From contig JAIVJS010000076.1 of the NCBI GenBank assembly GCA_020199905.1, forward strand, positions 13,842 through 77,841: a DNA stretch of 64,000 nt, given 5' to 3'. Of the stretch, positions 45,202-54,755 are shown piece by piece. Both the position numbers and the translations under genes were made by a program. A model generated the notes under the pieces. That model made no database searches and was not told where the DNA came from. It was given only the letters and a program-made list of their open reading frames with translations. Every line of letters starts with the position of its first letter. Position 1 is the stretch's first letter. The stretch comes from Acidobacteriota bacterium. GTDB lineage: Bacteria; Acidobacteriota; Thermoanaerobaculia; UBA5066; Gp7-AA6.

Positions 45202-47568
45202 CTATCCGCGCCCTCGCGTCCGGCGGCGCCGCCACCATGGGCCCGCGGCAATGGCGAGGAGTCCGGCGGCGCACGCGGCGACGCCCGGCAGAAAGCCGGG
45301 AGGCCGGTACGAGAGGCGGATGCGGCGCACTCCCCCGGGAATCCGGATTCCGACGAAGGCGTGGTTCACGGTCTGGATCGGAAGACGGGTTCCCTCTTCC
45401 ACGGCGCGCCAGCCCGGCCAGTCCGGCAGGGACGTCGCGGCGAGAAACGGCGCGGGCGAGACCGTCACCAGCTCGAAGTCGGGCCCTGACTCCCGCACGG
45501 AGATCCGCGTCGCCGGGTTTCGTTCCTCCCCCGAGGCTCCTCGCACCCACGCGGCTTGTGAGAAGTCCTGCGCGGACGCCATCGCGCGGAGGATCGACGC
45601 GGTGTCGGGCGCGGAGATCACGCGCGCCGGCGCGAAGGCACGCGGGAGCGCCCGCGGATTTTCGAAGACGGCCGCCGCGCCGGTGCGGGCCCGCACGCGA
45701 AAGCCCGGGGGAACCGGCGCGTCCGGCGCCGCGATCGCGAACCGCATTCCGAGAAAGGAGAGGAAGGGGCGGCCTGGATCGTCGATCCGGTTGAACGACG
45801 CCGGCTGAGGAACGCACCACAAGGGGAACGTGTCCGCGAAGCGGTCGAGCACGATCGATTCGTATCCGCGGACGTCTTCGAGTCCGAACAGCGCCGAGCC
45901 GTTGGGCCGGAGATCCGAGCCCGTCGCCCCTACGCGCGCGCCGGAGGCGACGAGGCCGTCCGGAAGGGCTTCGCGCGGCGCGAGCGCTTCGGCCGCGACG
46001 GTCGGATACGTGCCTCCCATCTCGAGTCCGCGCTGGATCACTAAGAGGGCGAGCGCGGCGGCGGCCACGCGTGCGCCTCGGCGGCGCCAGGCGAACGCGG
46101 CGGCGGCGAGCACCGCCACGGGGACGATCTCGAAGAGAAACTGCGCCCCGACGAAGGCCTCGGGAAGATCGCGTTCCCGGAGCAGTCCCGCCGCGGCGAC
46201 ACGCGCGCCGATCAGGAGAACCAGCACGCCGCCCGCGGCCGCCGCCAGCCGCGCGGAGTCGGCGGCGCGCAGGGCATCGAGTCCCAGCGCCGCGAGGCCG
46301 GCGAGGCCGAAGGCGGCGAGGAAGACGAGCCTGTAGTTCAGCGCGAGAGAGAACCCGGGCAGCCGCGCGAGAAGATCGATGAGGCCGGGAGCGCTGACGC
46401 CGAGCAGCAGCCCCGCGGCGAGACAACTCGCAAAGAGCGCGCGGCCCTCCCGCCGGCGCGCGGCCCCCAGCGCCGCGAGGGGAAAGAGAACCGCGCCGGC
46501 ATAGGGGAGCGGCATCCCCGAGCCGTCCCCGCGCTGCTGGACCGGGCTCTTGCCGTAGATCCCGTGCGCGAAGGGCAGGAGCGCGGGGACGAGGCGGCCC
46601 GCGGCGGCCCCGGGCGGGACCGACTGCCGCTCGACGCCCGTTTCGAGCCGCGCCCGCCGCTCGCGGTACTCCGCCGAGTGCGGAATCGCCTCCAGCAGCG
46701 GAAAGAGCTGAGGTCCTGAAAGGAGAAACGCCAGAGCGGCGGCCGCGCCTCCCCGCAGCAGAGCCCGCCGACCCCTTCCCGCGCCGCCGCGCCGCGCCCG
46801 ACCGACGAGATCCGCGGCGAAGACGGCGGCCCCGACGACGCTCGTGTGGAAGAACGTCTCCGGATGCCCGCCCGCAAGAGAGAGAAGCAGCGCCGCGACC
46901 GTGAGCGCGATTCCGCGCGCCCCGCCCCCGGCGATCCGGCGCAGGCCGAGAAGCAGGAGCGGGAAGGTCGCCGTGGAGGGGCCGACGCTCCAGCCGTTCC
47001 AGAAGACGAGATAGGTCGAAAATCCCCACGCCGTGGCGCCGGCAAGAGCGGCGGCCGGCGAGAGCTCGAGGTCGCGGAAATAGAGATATCCGGAGAGGAG
47101 CCCCAGAAACAGGGTGAACGCGCACGAGAAAGTCCACGACAGGGGCAACGGCAGAAAGATGCCGGCCCACGTCGCCGGATGGAAGATCCCGGCCTGCGCG
47201 GTCGCGAGCAAAGGGTTGCCCGCCAGGACGAACCGGTTCCAGAACGGAAACCGTCCGGCGGCGAAGGCCTCTCGAACCGCCGCCCGCCAGGGGAGGTTCG
47301 CGAACGCGAGGTCCGAGAGGATCGGGTTTGCGGGCGGAGGCGTGAGCGCTCCGGCGGACGAGCGCCACGGAACGAAGGGCGGATAGAGGTCGGCCGGGCC
47401 GTACACGCCCCCCGACAGCATCGCCCTGCCGGTAAACACGAGCGGAAGCAGCACCAGCAGAAGAGCGGCCCACCGGGAGACGTGTCCTGCGTAGCGCCGC
47501 GCCAGCCAGACCGACAACGCGGCGGCGGCGGCGTAGGTCCCCCAGAGGGCGACGGTCTCGATTCTCAG
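45202..47568 (-). CDS. YfhO family membrane glycosyltransferase-like protein (paralog 2)
   Basis: PFWNRFVLAGNPLLA, GGHPE, LEDVRGYE, PGWRA and VNHAFVG; start uncertain (CTG 47568 or TTG 47517). Confidence 0.85.
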   Translation of the reverse strand: MRIETVALWGTYAAAAALSVWLARRYAGHVSRWAALLLVLLPLVFTGRAMLSGGVYGPADLYPPFVPWRSSAGALTPPPANPILSDLAFANLPWRAAVREAFAAGRFPFWNRFVLAGNPLLATAQAGIFHPATWAGIFLPLPLSWTFSCAFTLFLGLLSGYLYFRDLELSPAAALAGATAWGFSTYLVFWNGWSVGPSTATFPLLLLGLRRIAGGGARGIALTVAALLLSLAGGHPETFFHTSVVGAAVFAADLVGRARRGGAGRGRRALLRGGAAAALAFLLSGPQLFPLLEAIPHSAEYRERRARLETGVERQSVPPGAAAGRLVPALLPFAHGIYGKSPVQQRGDGSGMPLPYAGAVLFPLAALGAARRREGRALFASCLAAGLLLGVSAPGLIDLLARLPGFSLALNYRLVFLAAFGLAGLAALGLDALRAADSARLAAAAGGVLVLLIGARVAAAGLLRERDLPEAFVGAQFLFEIVPVAVLAAAAFAWRRRGARVAAAALALLVIQRGLEMGGTYPTVAAEALAPREALPDGLVASGARVGATGSDLRPNGSALFGLEDVRGYESIVLDRFADTFPLWCVPQPASFNRIDDPGRPFLSFLGMRFAIAAPDAPVPPGFRVRARTGAAAVFENPRALPRAFAPARVISAPDTASILRAMASAQDFSQAAWVRGASGEERNPATRISVRESGPDFELVTVSPAPFLAATSLPDWPGWRAVEEGTRLPIQTVNHAFVGIRIPGGVRRIRLSYRPPGFLPGVAACAAGLLAIAAGPWWRRRRTRGRG

Positions 47569-47641
47569 GATGCGGGGGATGTTACTTGACGGCTGAAGGA
47601 CGGGAGTCGGCGAGAGTATCCGTGGAGAGTCATTCCGAAAA

Positions 47642-47960
47642 ATGACCCACCCGGCATTATTCGTCTTCCACGGCGCGCCGACGCTGGCGCTCCAGACCGA
47701 CAGAGCGTCGCGGGGGACGCGCCCGCCGGCGACGCCACCTCGACGAAACCCGGAGGCCGGAGTCGAGCCGTGGGCGGAAGAGTTCGACCGCTGGGTCGCG
47801 GAAAGGCTCGAGGCTCTGGAGATCCCGGCGCTCGAATCCTACGCGCGTCTCGCGCCCCACGCCGCGCTCGCCGTCCCGGGAATCCGATCGGGTCGTCGGC
47901 GTCTACGAAGGATTCCAGTACGGGGCGCGGTCTCTGCGAAGCTTTGCGTTACGGACGTTA
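47642..47960 (+). pseudogene. Remnant of a LigB/DODA-type extradiol dioxygenase gene
   Basis: PALFVFHGAPTLAL (N-terminus), PWAEEFDRWV...APHAALAVP (late middle) and, in another frame, YEGFQYGARSLRSFAL (C-terminus), all within about 320 bp. Confidence 0.7.
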
Positions 47961-48016
47961 AGAGTCGAGAGCTCAGAGATCAAGACTCAAAACTGACTGC
48001 TGACAACTGACAACGT

Positions 48017-49378
48017 TCAAAACGGCCACCACTTGGACGGGATGTTCTTGGCGATGTCGTTGTAGAGCACGACGGTCATGAGCGCCAGGATCATCAGGAA
48101 CCCGAGCTGCAGGATGCGCTCCTTGACCCGAAGAGAGAAGTCGCGGCGGACCGCCCCTTCGATCGTCAGCAGGAACAGATGCCCGCCGTCGAGCACCGGA
48201 ATCGGCAGCAGGTTGAAGATTCCGAGCTGAAGCGAGACGGCCGCCATCAGGGCAACCAGCGGGACGGCGCCCGTCCGGGCCGCGTCTCCCGAGAACTTCG
48301 CGATGTCGAGGGGGCCGGACATGGTCTTCATGCTCGCCCGCCCGCGGAAGAGGCGGCCCAGCACGGAAAACGTGGTTCGCGTGTCGGTTCCGATGCGGCG
48401 CCACGCCTCGACGACCGCCTGCCGCAGAGGAAAGCGCTCCAGGACCTCGGGCAGATCCGCGCCGACCTGCACGCCGACCTTCCAGCTGTCGCCCTCCTTC
48501 CGCGGAGAAACGGAGACGACGCCCGGCTTCCCGTCGCGGTGAAACGCGACCGGAAACGGGCCCGGCGCTGCAGCGGAGACGGCCCCGACGAATTTTTCGA
48601 AGATCTCTTCCGGCGCGCCCCGGATCGGACGGCCGCCGATCGCGTCGATGACGTCGCCCGGCTTCAAGCCCGCCTTCGCCGCCGGTGAGCCGGAGACGAC
48701 GACCGCGACGCGCGGCGCCACGTTGCGCCCGGCATCGGGCAGCAGGCCAACGTCGCCGAGATCGTGTGAACCCACGGCGCGAGGGACGACCTTCAGGAAC
48801 ACTCCGGAACCGTTGCGGTCCACCTCGACGTCGAGCTTCTCGCGCGCGTTCATCAGGAACAGGTACTGCGCGTCGCGCCAGCGGGGCGTCTCCCGCCCGG
48901 CGATCGAGACGATGCGGTCTCCCGGGTGAAAACCGGCCTCCGCCCCCGCGGACTTGTCCTCGACGATCTTGATGATGGCCGGCTGGAGCTCGTACGCGGG
49001 CACCCGAACCCCGAGGGCGAACACGGCCGTGTGAAGGACGAGCGCGAGCACGAAGTTCATCCCGGGCCCGGCCAGCAGGATCAGAGCGCGCTGCCACCGC
49101 TTTCCGACCGGCGGCGCGGCGGTGGACGTTCCCTCCGCCAGAGTCGACTCGTCCGGCCCGAGGCCGACGACGCGCACGTAGCCGCCGAGAGGAATCGCGG
49201 AAACGCGGTAGTCCGTTCCCCGGCGCTTTATTCCGAAGAGCCGCTTTCCGAAGCCGATCGAGAACACCTCGACGGGAAAGCGGAAGGCCTTGGCGACGGC
49301 AAAGTGCCCGAATTCGTGCACGACGACGAGCACGGACAGGACGACGATCAGCGCGAGTGTGTTTCCGACGATGGTCAA
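48017..49378 (-). CDS. rseP: RIP metalloprotease RseP
   Basis: HEFGH, IPLGGYV, AGPGMN, two PDZ domains and NLLPIPVLDGG. Confidence 0.95.
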   Translation of the reverse strand: MTIVGNTLALIVVLSVLVVVHEFGHFAVAKAFRFPVEVFSIGFGKRLFGIKRRGTDYRVSAIPLGGYVRVVGLGPDESTLAEGTSTAAPPVGKRWQRALILLAGPGMNFVLALVLHTAVFALGVRVPAYELQPAIIKIVEDKSAGAEAGFHPGDRIVSIAGRETPRWRDAQYLFLMNAREKLDVEVDRNGSGVFLKVVPRAVGSHDLGDVGLLPDAGRNVAPRVAVVVSGSPAAKAGLKPGDVIDAIGGRPIRGAPEEIFEKFVGAVSAAAPGPFPVAFHRDGKPGVVSVSPRKEGDSWKVGVQVGADLPEVLERFPLRQAVVEAWRRIGTDTRTTFSVLGRLFRGRASMKTMSGPLDIAKFSGDAARTGAVPLVALMAAVSLQLGIFNLLPIPVLDGGHLFLLTIEGAVRRDFSLRVKERILQLGFLMILALMTVVLYNDIAKNIPSKWWPF

Positions 49379-49401
49379 GAGGCTGCTCCGTTTCTGATCT
49401 T

Positions 49402-50583
49402 CTAGTTGGCGACCGCCGCTCGGGACAGCCGGTGGATGATTTCCGAGGCGCGCCGGCGTGCCATTCCGTCAATTTCTTCCGCTTCGTCCAGGGTCGAGGG
49501 GGCGGCGACCGGCCCCGCGGCCGAGGCCGTCTCCGAGACCACGGAAACGATCTCCGGAAAGGAAATCTTCCCCTGCAGGAACGCGGCGACGGCGACCTCG
49601 TTGGCTCCGTTGACGATGGCGGGCATTCCCCCTCCGGCGCGCAGGGCCTCCCGGGCGACCTCGACGGCCGGATATCGCTCGGCTTCGAGCTCGAAGAACT
49701 CGAGCCGCTTGACGGAAACGAGGTCGAGGCGGCCGAACCGGTTGGGAAGCCGGTCCGGGTAGTTCAACGCGTACGCGATCGGGAACTTCATGTCGTTCTT
49801 GGCGAGCTGCGCCAGCAGAGAGCCGTCCTCGAACTCGACGAAGGAGTGGATGACCGACTGGGGATGGAGGACGACGGCGATTCGTTCGGGCGGCAGGCCG
49901 AAGAGAAAGTGCGCCTCGATGATCTCCAGCCCCTTGTTCATCATGGTGGCCGAGTCGATGGTGATCTTCGGACCCATCTTCCACGTCGGATGGGCGAGCG
50001 CGTCTTCGACCGTGATCGCGTCGAAGGTCAAAACGTCCCGTTCGCGAAACGGGCCGCCCGACGCGGTGAGCACGATGCGCTCCACCTCGGACGCGCGTCC
50101 GCTCCGCATCGCCTGGTGGATGGCGCTGTGCTCCGAATCCACCGGAAGAATCTCGGCGCCGCTCTTCTTCGCCTCGCGAAGGATGAGCTCCCCCGCGACC
50201 ACGAGCGTCTCCTTGTTGGCGAGGGCCAGCCGCTTGCCGGCCTTCACCGCGGCGTAAGCCGACCGGAGCCCGAGCGCCCCGACGAGAGCGCCGACGACGA
50301 CCTCGGAGTCGGCGTGCGACGCCACTTCCTCGAGTCCCTCCGGCCCCGTCACGACCCGCACTCCGTTCTTCCGGGGCATCAGGGCCTTCAGCTGCGCGGC
50401 CTCGGCCGGCCCGGACACGGAGACCAGCGCCGGATGGTGCGCCTTGATCTGCTCCGCGAGCCTCTCGACGGAGCGGCCCGCGGCGAGCGCGACCACACGG
50501 AAGCGATCGGGAGAAGCGGCCGCCACCTCGAGCGCCGAGCGGCCGATCGAACCCGTGGACCCCAGGACGGCCAGCGTTTTCAT
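49402..50583 (-). CDS. dxr: 1-deoxy-D-xylulose-5-phosphate reductoisomerase
   Basis: LGSTGSIG, LANKE, PVDSEH and HPTWKMGPKITIDSATMMNKGLE. Confidence 0.97.
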   Translation of the reverse strand: MKTLAVLGSTGSIGRSALEVAAASPDRFRVVALAAGRSVERLAEQIKAHHPALVSVSGPAEAAQLKALMPRKNGVRVVTGPEGLEEVASHADSEVVVGALVGALGLRSAYAAVKAGKRLALANKETLVVAGELILREAKKSGAEILPVDSEHSAIHQAMRSGRASEVERIVLTASGGPFRERDVLTFDAITVEDALAHPTWKMGPKITIDSATMMNKGLEIIEAHFLFGLPPERIAVVLHPQSVIHSFVEFEDGSLLAQLAKNDMKFPIAYALNYPDRLPNRFGRLDLVSVKRLEFFELEAERYPAVEVAREALRAGGGMPAIVNGANEVAVAAFLQGKISFPEIVSVVSETASAAGPVAAPSTLDEAEEIDGMARRRASEIIHRLSRAAVAN

Positions 50584-50795
50584 GGAACCGGTGATTATAG
50601 GAGGAGCGCGCCCATCGCGCGGCTCCCGGCGGAAGGCCGCCCGTTCGACCGCGCCCGTGCCGCCCGCTTCAAAGGCTGTCGCCTCACCGGGCGAAAGGCG
50701 CCGGGCGAAGGGCGAGCGCGAAGAGGCGCGAAGGTGATCGAGGGATCGCTGAGAACGGAGAACTGAGAACCGATAACTACCCTTACACTCATCCG

Positions 50796-51605
50796 ATGAT
50801 CGACCGCGACGTCCTGGCGCTCCCCGGCACGCCGGAGCGGGACCTTCTGGACGAAATGGACTTCGCCCGGATGCCGCGCCACATCGCGATCATCATGGAC
50901 GGCAACGGCCGGTGGGCGAAGCAGCGGGGGTCTCCGCGGGTCGAGGGCCATCGGGCGGGCATCGCCTCCGTCCGGGAGATGGTCGAGACCTGCGCGAGGC
51001 TGAAGCTCGACGCGCTGACTTTGTACGCGTTCTCCGTCGAGAACTGGAAGCGCCCGCGATTCGAGATCGTGACGCTGATGTCCCTGTTGAAGGAGTACCT
51101 GAACCGGGAGCTCGCCAATCTTCTGAAGAACGACATCCGCTTTCGGGTCGTCGGACGCATGAACGAGCTCGATGCGTCGGTGCAGAAGGAGCTGTCGAAG
51201 GGATTGGCGGCGACCTCGTCGTGCCGCGGGATGACCTTCAACATCGCTCTGAACTACGGCGGACGGACGGAGATCGTGGACGCGTGCCGATCGCTCGCTC
51301 ACGACGTCGAGGCGGGGCGCCTCGCGCCCGAGCAGATCGACGAGGAGACCCTGGGATCGCGTCTCGGGACCGCTGGCCTGCCGGACCCCGACCTTCTGAT
51401 CCGCACGAGCGGCGAGATGCGCGTCTCCAACTTCCTGCTCTGGCAGATCGCCTACAGCGAGATCTGGGTGACATCGACCCTCTGGCCGGATTTCCGGAAG
51501 CTCCATCTCTTCGAGGGCATCCTCGAGTTTCAGAAACGCGAGCGCCGGTACGGGGGCGTCATCGACGGGAGCCGCGAGCCGGAGTCCGGCGAGGCGGCGG
51601 GATGA
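50796..51605 (+). CDS. uppS: Undecaprenyl diphosphate synthase
   Basis: PRHIAIIMDGNGRWA, YAFSVENWKRP, NYGGR and DLLIRTSGEMRVSNFLLWQ. Confidence 0.96.
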   Translation: MIDRDVLALPGTPERDLLDEMDFARMPRHIAIIMDGNGRWAKQRGSPRVEGHRAGIASVREMVETCARLKLDALTLYAFSVENWKRPRFEIVTLMSLLKEYLNRELANLLKNDIRFRVVGRMNELDASVQKELSKGLAATSSCRGMTFNIALNYGGRTEIVDACRSLAHDVEAGRLAPEQIDEETLGSRLGTAGLPDPDLLIRTSGEMRVSNFLLWQIAYSEIWVTSTLWPDFRKLHLFEGILEFQKRERRYGGVIDGSREPESGEAAG

Positions 51606-51611
51606 GCCGGG

Positions 51612-51685
51612 CGGGAAACGGGAAACGGGAAACGGGAAACGATCCGCCGCCTGCCGCCTGCCGCCTCCCGCCCGCCGCCCGCCTC
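51612..51685. repeat. 7-bp arrays CGGGAAA x4 and CCGCCTG-type x5 between uppS and cdsA
   Basis: cgggaaa cgggaaa cgggaaa cgggaaa cg; ccgcctg ccgcctg ccgcctc ccgcccg ccgcc. Confidence 0.8.
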
Positions 51686-51690
51686 TCGTC

Positions 51691-52509
51691 TTGAAACGCG
51701 AGCTCGCGGCGGCCGTCGCGATCCCGATCGTTCTCGCGATCGTCTTCTACCTTCCCGCGCTCGTCTTCGACGCGCTCGTCGCGGCCTTTGCGCTCGCGGC
51801 TCTCCGGGAGTTCTACCGGATGGCGGAAAAAACGGGCCATCCGGTCGCGAAGACGGTGGGCCTGACGGGAGGAGCGGCCGCGCTCGCCGCACTCGCGGGG
51901 GCGACCGTCGCCGGGCACGACCGGGCGGCCTCCTTCTGGCCGCTCTTCTTCGCGATGCTGCTCCTCGTGTTCCTCGCCTCGCTCGCGCCGCTTCTCTCCT
52001 CCGTGACTCCTTCCGAGGCCCTGGCGGGCGCGGGCTCCACGATCTTCGGGGTGGTCTCGATCGCGCTCCCGGCCGGAGCGATGTGCTACCTGCGCGCGTT
52101 TTCTCCCCGCGCGGTGCTCCTCCTGTTCGTGATCGTCTGGGGGTGCGACTCGGCGGCGTACTACACGGGCCGCCGTCTCGGCCGCCACAAGCTCGCGCCC
52201 GTCGTCTCCCCGAACAAGACGTGGGAGGGAACGATCGGAGGTCTCGTCGGGGCGACCGCGATCGGCGCCGCGGCGGGAACGTGGTGGCTGCTCCCGGAGC
52301 TCGGACCCTGGATGGGGGGCGCCGCGGGAGCGCTGGCGTCCTCCGCCGGCCAGGTCGGCGATCTCGTCGAGTCGCTCTGGAAGCGAGGAGCCGGGGTCAA
52401 GGACTCGGGGACCTTCCTCCCGGGCCACGGCGGTTTCTATGACCGCATCGATTCCCTGCTCTACGCCGGCCCGGTCCTGGCCGCGATTTTGATGTGGAGC
52501 GCGAAGTAA
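51691..52509 (+). CDS. cdsA: Phosphatidate cytidylyltransferase
   Basis: SPNKTWEG, GDLVES.WKR.AGVKDSG and PGHGGFYDRIDS. Confidence 0.94.
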   Translation: MKRELAAAVAIPIVLAIVFYLPALVFDALVAAFALAALREFYRMAEKTGHPVAKTVGLTGGAAALAALAGATVAGHDRAASFWPLFFAMLLLVFLASLAPLLSSVTPSEALAGAGSTIFGVVSIALPAGAMCYLRAFSPRAVLLLFVIVWGCDSAAYYTGRRLGRHKLAPVVSPNKTWEGTIGGLVGATAIGAAAGTWWLLPELGPWMGGAAGALASSAGQVGDLVESLWKRGAGVKDSGTFLPGHGGFYDRIDSLLYAGPVLAAILMWSAK

Positions 52510-52512
52510 ACG

Positions 52513-52578
52513 GTTGAGCGTTGAGCGTTCAGCGTTGAGCGTCCGAAGAAAGGTCTTTCGATTCGCGATTCCCGATTA
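52513..52578. repeat. 7-bp arrays GTTSAGC x4 and CGATTCS between convergent cdsA and truA
   Basis: gttgagc gttgagc gttcagc gttgagc; cgattcg cgattcc cgatt. Confidence 0.75.
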
Positions 52579-53397
52579 CCGATCTCGTTGATCGCGGAGT
52601 ACCCCGGGCGTCTCGCTTCCCGTCGGCTCCCGGCTCACGTCATCCCCGTAATGCACTCGCGTCAAGGTCAGGCCGCGAGCCGGCGCCTTCGGCGCGAGCA
52701 GGGCTCGATCACCGGTCTCGAGGAGCTGGGCGATGCGGTCGCGGGGCGCCTTTCCCCGCGCCACGTGCGCGAGGACCCCGCAGATCGAGCGGACCATGCC
52801 GCGCAGGAAGGCATCTCCGCGGATGAGCACCTGGATCTCGTCGCCCGCCTCTTCGACGTCGGCGAAGTGGATGCGGCGCTCCGCGCCCCGGCCCCCGGAG
52901 CCCTTCACGGCGAAGACCGAGAAATCCTTTCGTCCTCGCAGAGACGCGGCGGCGGCGCGCATCGGGGCGGCTTCGGCGCCCGCTGAGATCGCGGCGACGA
53001 AGAGGGCGTCCTTCGGCGGGATGACGGCCGCCCGGCTCCAGCGGTACCGGTACTCCCTCCAGACGGCGTCCCGGCGCGCGAGAAATCCTTCGGGCGCGGG
53101 CGCCGCGTCCAGCACGCGCACGTCCCACGGCAGCAGCGCGTTGACGCCTTCGCGAATGCGCAGCGGATCCCGCGCCGCCGGAAGGTCGAAGTGGATCACC
53201 TGCCCTTCGGCATGGACTCCCGCGTCGGTCCGTCCCGCCGCGTGCACGCGGACCGGTCCCTCGTCCGCGAAGCGCCGGATCGCATCCTCCAGGACCGCCT
53301 GGACGGTCCGCTCCGCGTTCTGCTGGAACTGGAACCCGTTGAACCACGTCCCGACGTAGGCGACCGTCGCCCGGTAGCGCCGGGGGGAGCGCGTCAC
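52576..53397 (-). CDS. truA: tRNA pseudouridine(38-40) synthase TruA
   Basis: AYVGTWFNGFQFQ, AAGRTDAGVHAEGQ, GDAFLRGMVR and APARGLTL; GTG at 53397. Confidence 0.93.
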   Translation of the reverse strand: MTRSPRRYRATVAYVGTWFNGFQFQQNAERTVQAVLEDAIRRFADEGPVRVHAAGRTDAGVHAEGQVIHFDLPAARDPLRIREGVNALLPWDVRVLDAAPAPEGFLARRDAVWREYRYRWSRAAVIPPKDALFVAAISAGAEAAPMRAAAASLRGRKDFSVFAVKGSGGRGAERRIHFADVEEAGDEIQVLIRGDAFLRGMVRSICGVLAHVARGKAPRDRIAQLLETGDRALLAPKAPARGLTLTRVHYGDDVSREPTGSETPGVLRDQRDR

Positions 53398-54755
53398 ACG
53401 GGGACCGGCGCGTTGCCCGGGCGGCGCCGCAGGAGGGGCCTCAGGAGGAGCGCGGCGAAGGGCAGGTACTCGACCGCGTACACGGCCGCCGCGGAAATCC
53501 CGGGTGTCGGATAGAGGATTGCGTAGGCCAGCGGCACGGCTGTCGCGAGCCAGAGAAACGCGGGTTCCCTTCGAGCCGCCGCGAAGGGCAGAATCCAGAG
53601 GAGGTACCAGGGATGGAGCGTCGGAGACACGAGCAACAGCGCCCCGACCGACGCGAAGACCGCGCTCCACAGGTCCGTGATACGCCATGCGATCGACAGA
53701 AGCAGAAACGCGAGAGTGACCCCCAGAAACGCGCGCGCGAAAAAGGCGGAGTAGAAGTACGGGAACACGCGCGCCGTCCAGGGGGGATCGTGATGCCGCG
53801 CCTTCCAGGCCAGGAAGCCGGCCTTCGCCCGCTGCGGAATCCGGGTGCCCTCCATGGCGGCGTACACCACCGGATAGGCGACCGAGTTGAACTCCCAACG
53901 GGTCGCGTACTGGTCGAGGCCGCCCGCGGGGGAGGTTCCCCGGCGGGCCGCGGCTCCCCAGAGAAGCGCGACGGCGGCGGCGGCGGCCAGGAGCGTCCGC
54001 CACCCGCCCCGCCGCGCCAGAGGGAGAAGGGCCGCGGCGGACACGTACTTGCAGAGCGCGGAGAGGGCGAGGCCGAGACCGGCGGCGGCGCGGCGGCCGG
54101 CCAGGGCATGAACCACGGACGCCGCCAGCAGCGCGACACCGAGCGAGTCCAGGTGGCCCTGCCCCGCGGTCTCGGTGACCGGCAGCGGATGGAACGCATA
54201 GAGGGCCGCCGCCCAGGCGCCTCCGGGGAGGTTTGCGCCGGCGAGAAGCGCGACCACGGCCACGTCCGCCCCCGCGAAAAGGCCCTTCAGGAGAAAAGGC
54301 GCCCGCGCGCGCCCCAGGGTACGGAAGGTGGCCTGAGCGGCGGGCGGGTAAACCGTCCGGATCTCTCGATGAGCGACCCGCGCGTTCAACTCCGGATCGA
54401 GCCCTGAGACGGCCGGGTCCGCGGGCGCATACCTCCAGGGGGAGATCCCGGCGCGCGCGACTCCCCCGTCCCACAGGTACCTCCAGAGGTCGTCGGAGAG
54501 ATCGGGAGGGCGAAAGAGGAGGGTCAGCCGGAAGGCCGCCGCGCAGAGAAGCAGAAAAGCGGGACGCGATGCGGATAAACTCCGGGCCGCCACGAAGGCG
54601 AGGACCGACCCCGCCACGAAAAGAGACAGGTACGCCAGAAGATGAAACCTTGCGTCGGGCACGAACAGAAACCCCAGGGCAACGGCCTCGCCAGCGCAGA
54701 ACAGCGCCCAGCGGCCTGAGCTCCGCGCGAGGAACGGCTTGAGATGACCTCCCAT
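53394..54755 (-). CDS. Membrane glycosyltransferase (GT87/DUF2029-like, GT-C fold)
   Basis: [28 protein letters not shown] and SPTLHPWY; start uncertain near 54755. Confidence 0.8.
   Translation of the reverse strand: MGGHLKPFLARSSGRWALFCAGEAVALGFLFVPDARFHLLAYLSLFVAGSVLAFVAARSLSASRPAFLLLCAAAFRLTLLFRPPDLSDDLWRYLWDGGVARAGISPWRYAPADPAVSGLDPELNARVAHREIRTVYPPAAQATFRTLGRARAPFLLKGLFAGADVAVVALLAGANLPGGAWAAALYAFHPLPVTETAGQGHLDSLGVALLAASVVHALAGRRAAAGLGLALSALCKYVSAAALLPLARRGGWRTLLAAAAAVALLWGAAARRGTSPAGGLDQYATRWEFNSVAYPVVYAAMEGTRIPQRAKAGFLAWKARHHDPPWTARVFPYFYSAFFARAFLGVTLAFLLLSIAWRITDLWSAVFASVGALLLVSPTLHPWYLLWILPFAAARREPAFLWLATAVPLAYAILYPTPGISAAAVYAVEYLPFAALLLRPLLRRRPGNAPVPV

Noticed and set aside
42785-47473. 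1562-aa ORF as one giant protein
   Set aside because: Only 42785-45190 is YfhO-like. The upstream part is Arg/Gly/Pro-rich shadow frame overlapping the real paralog at 45202-47568.
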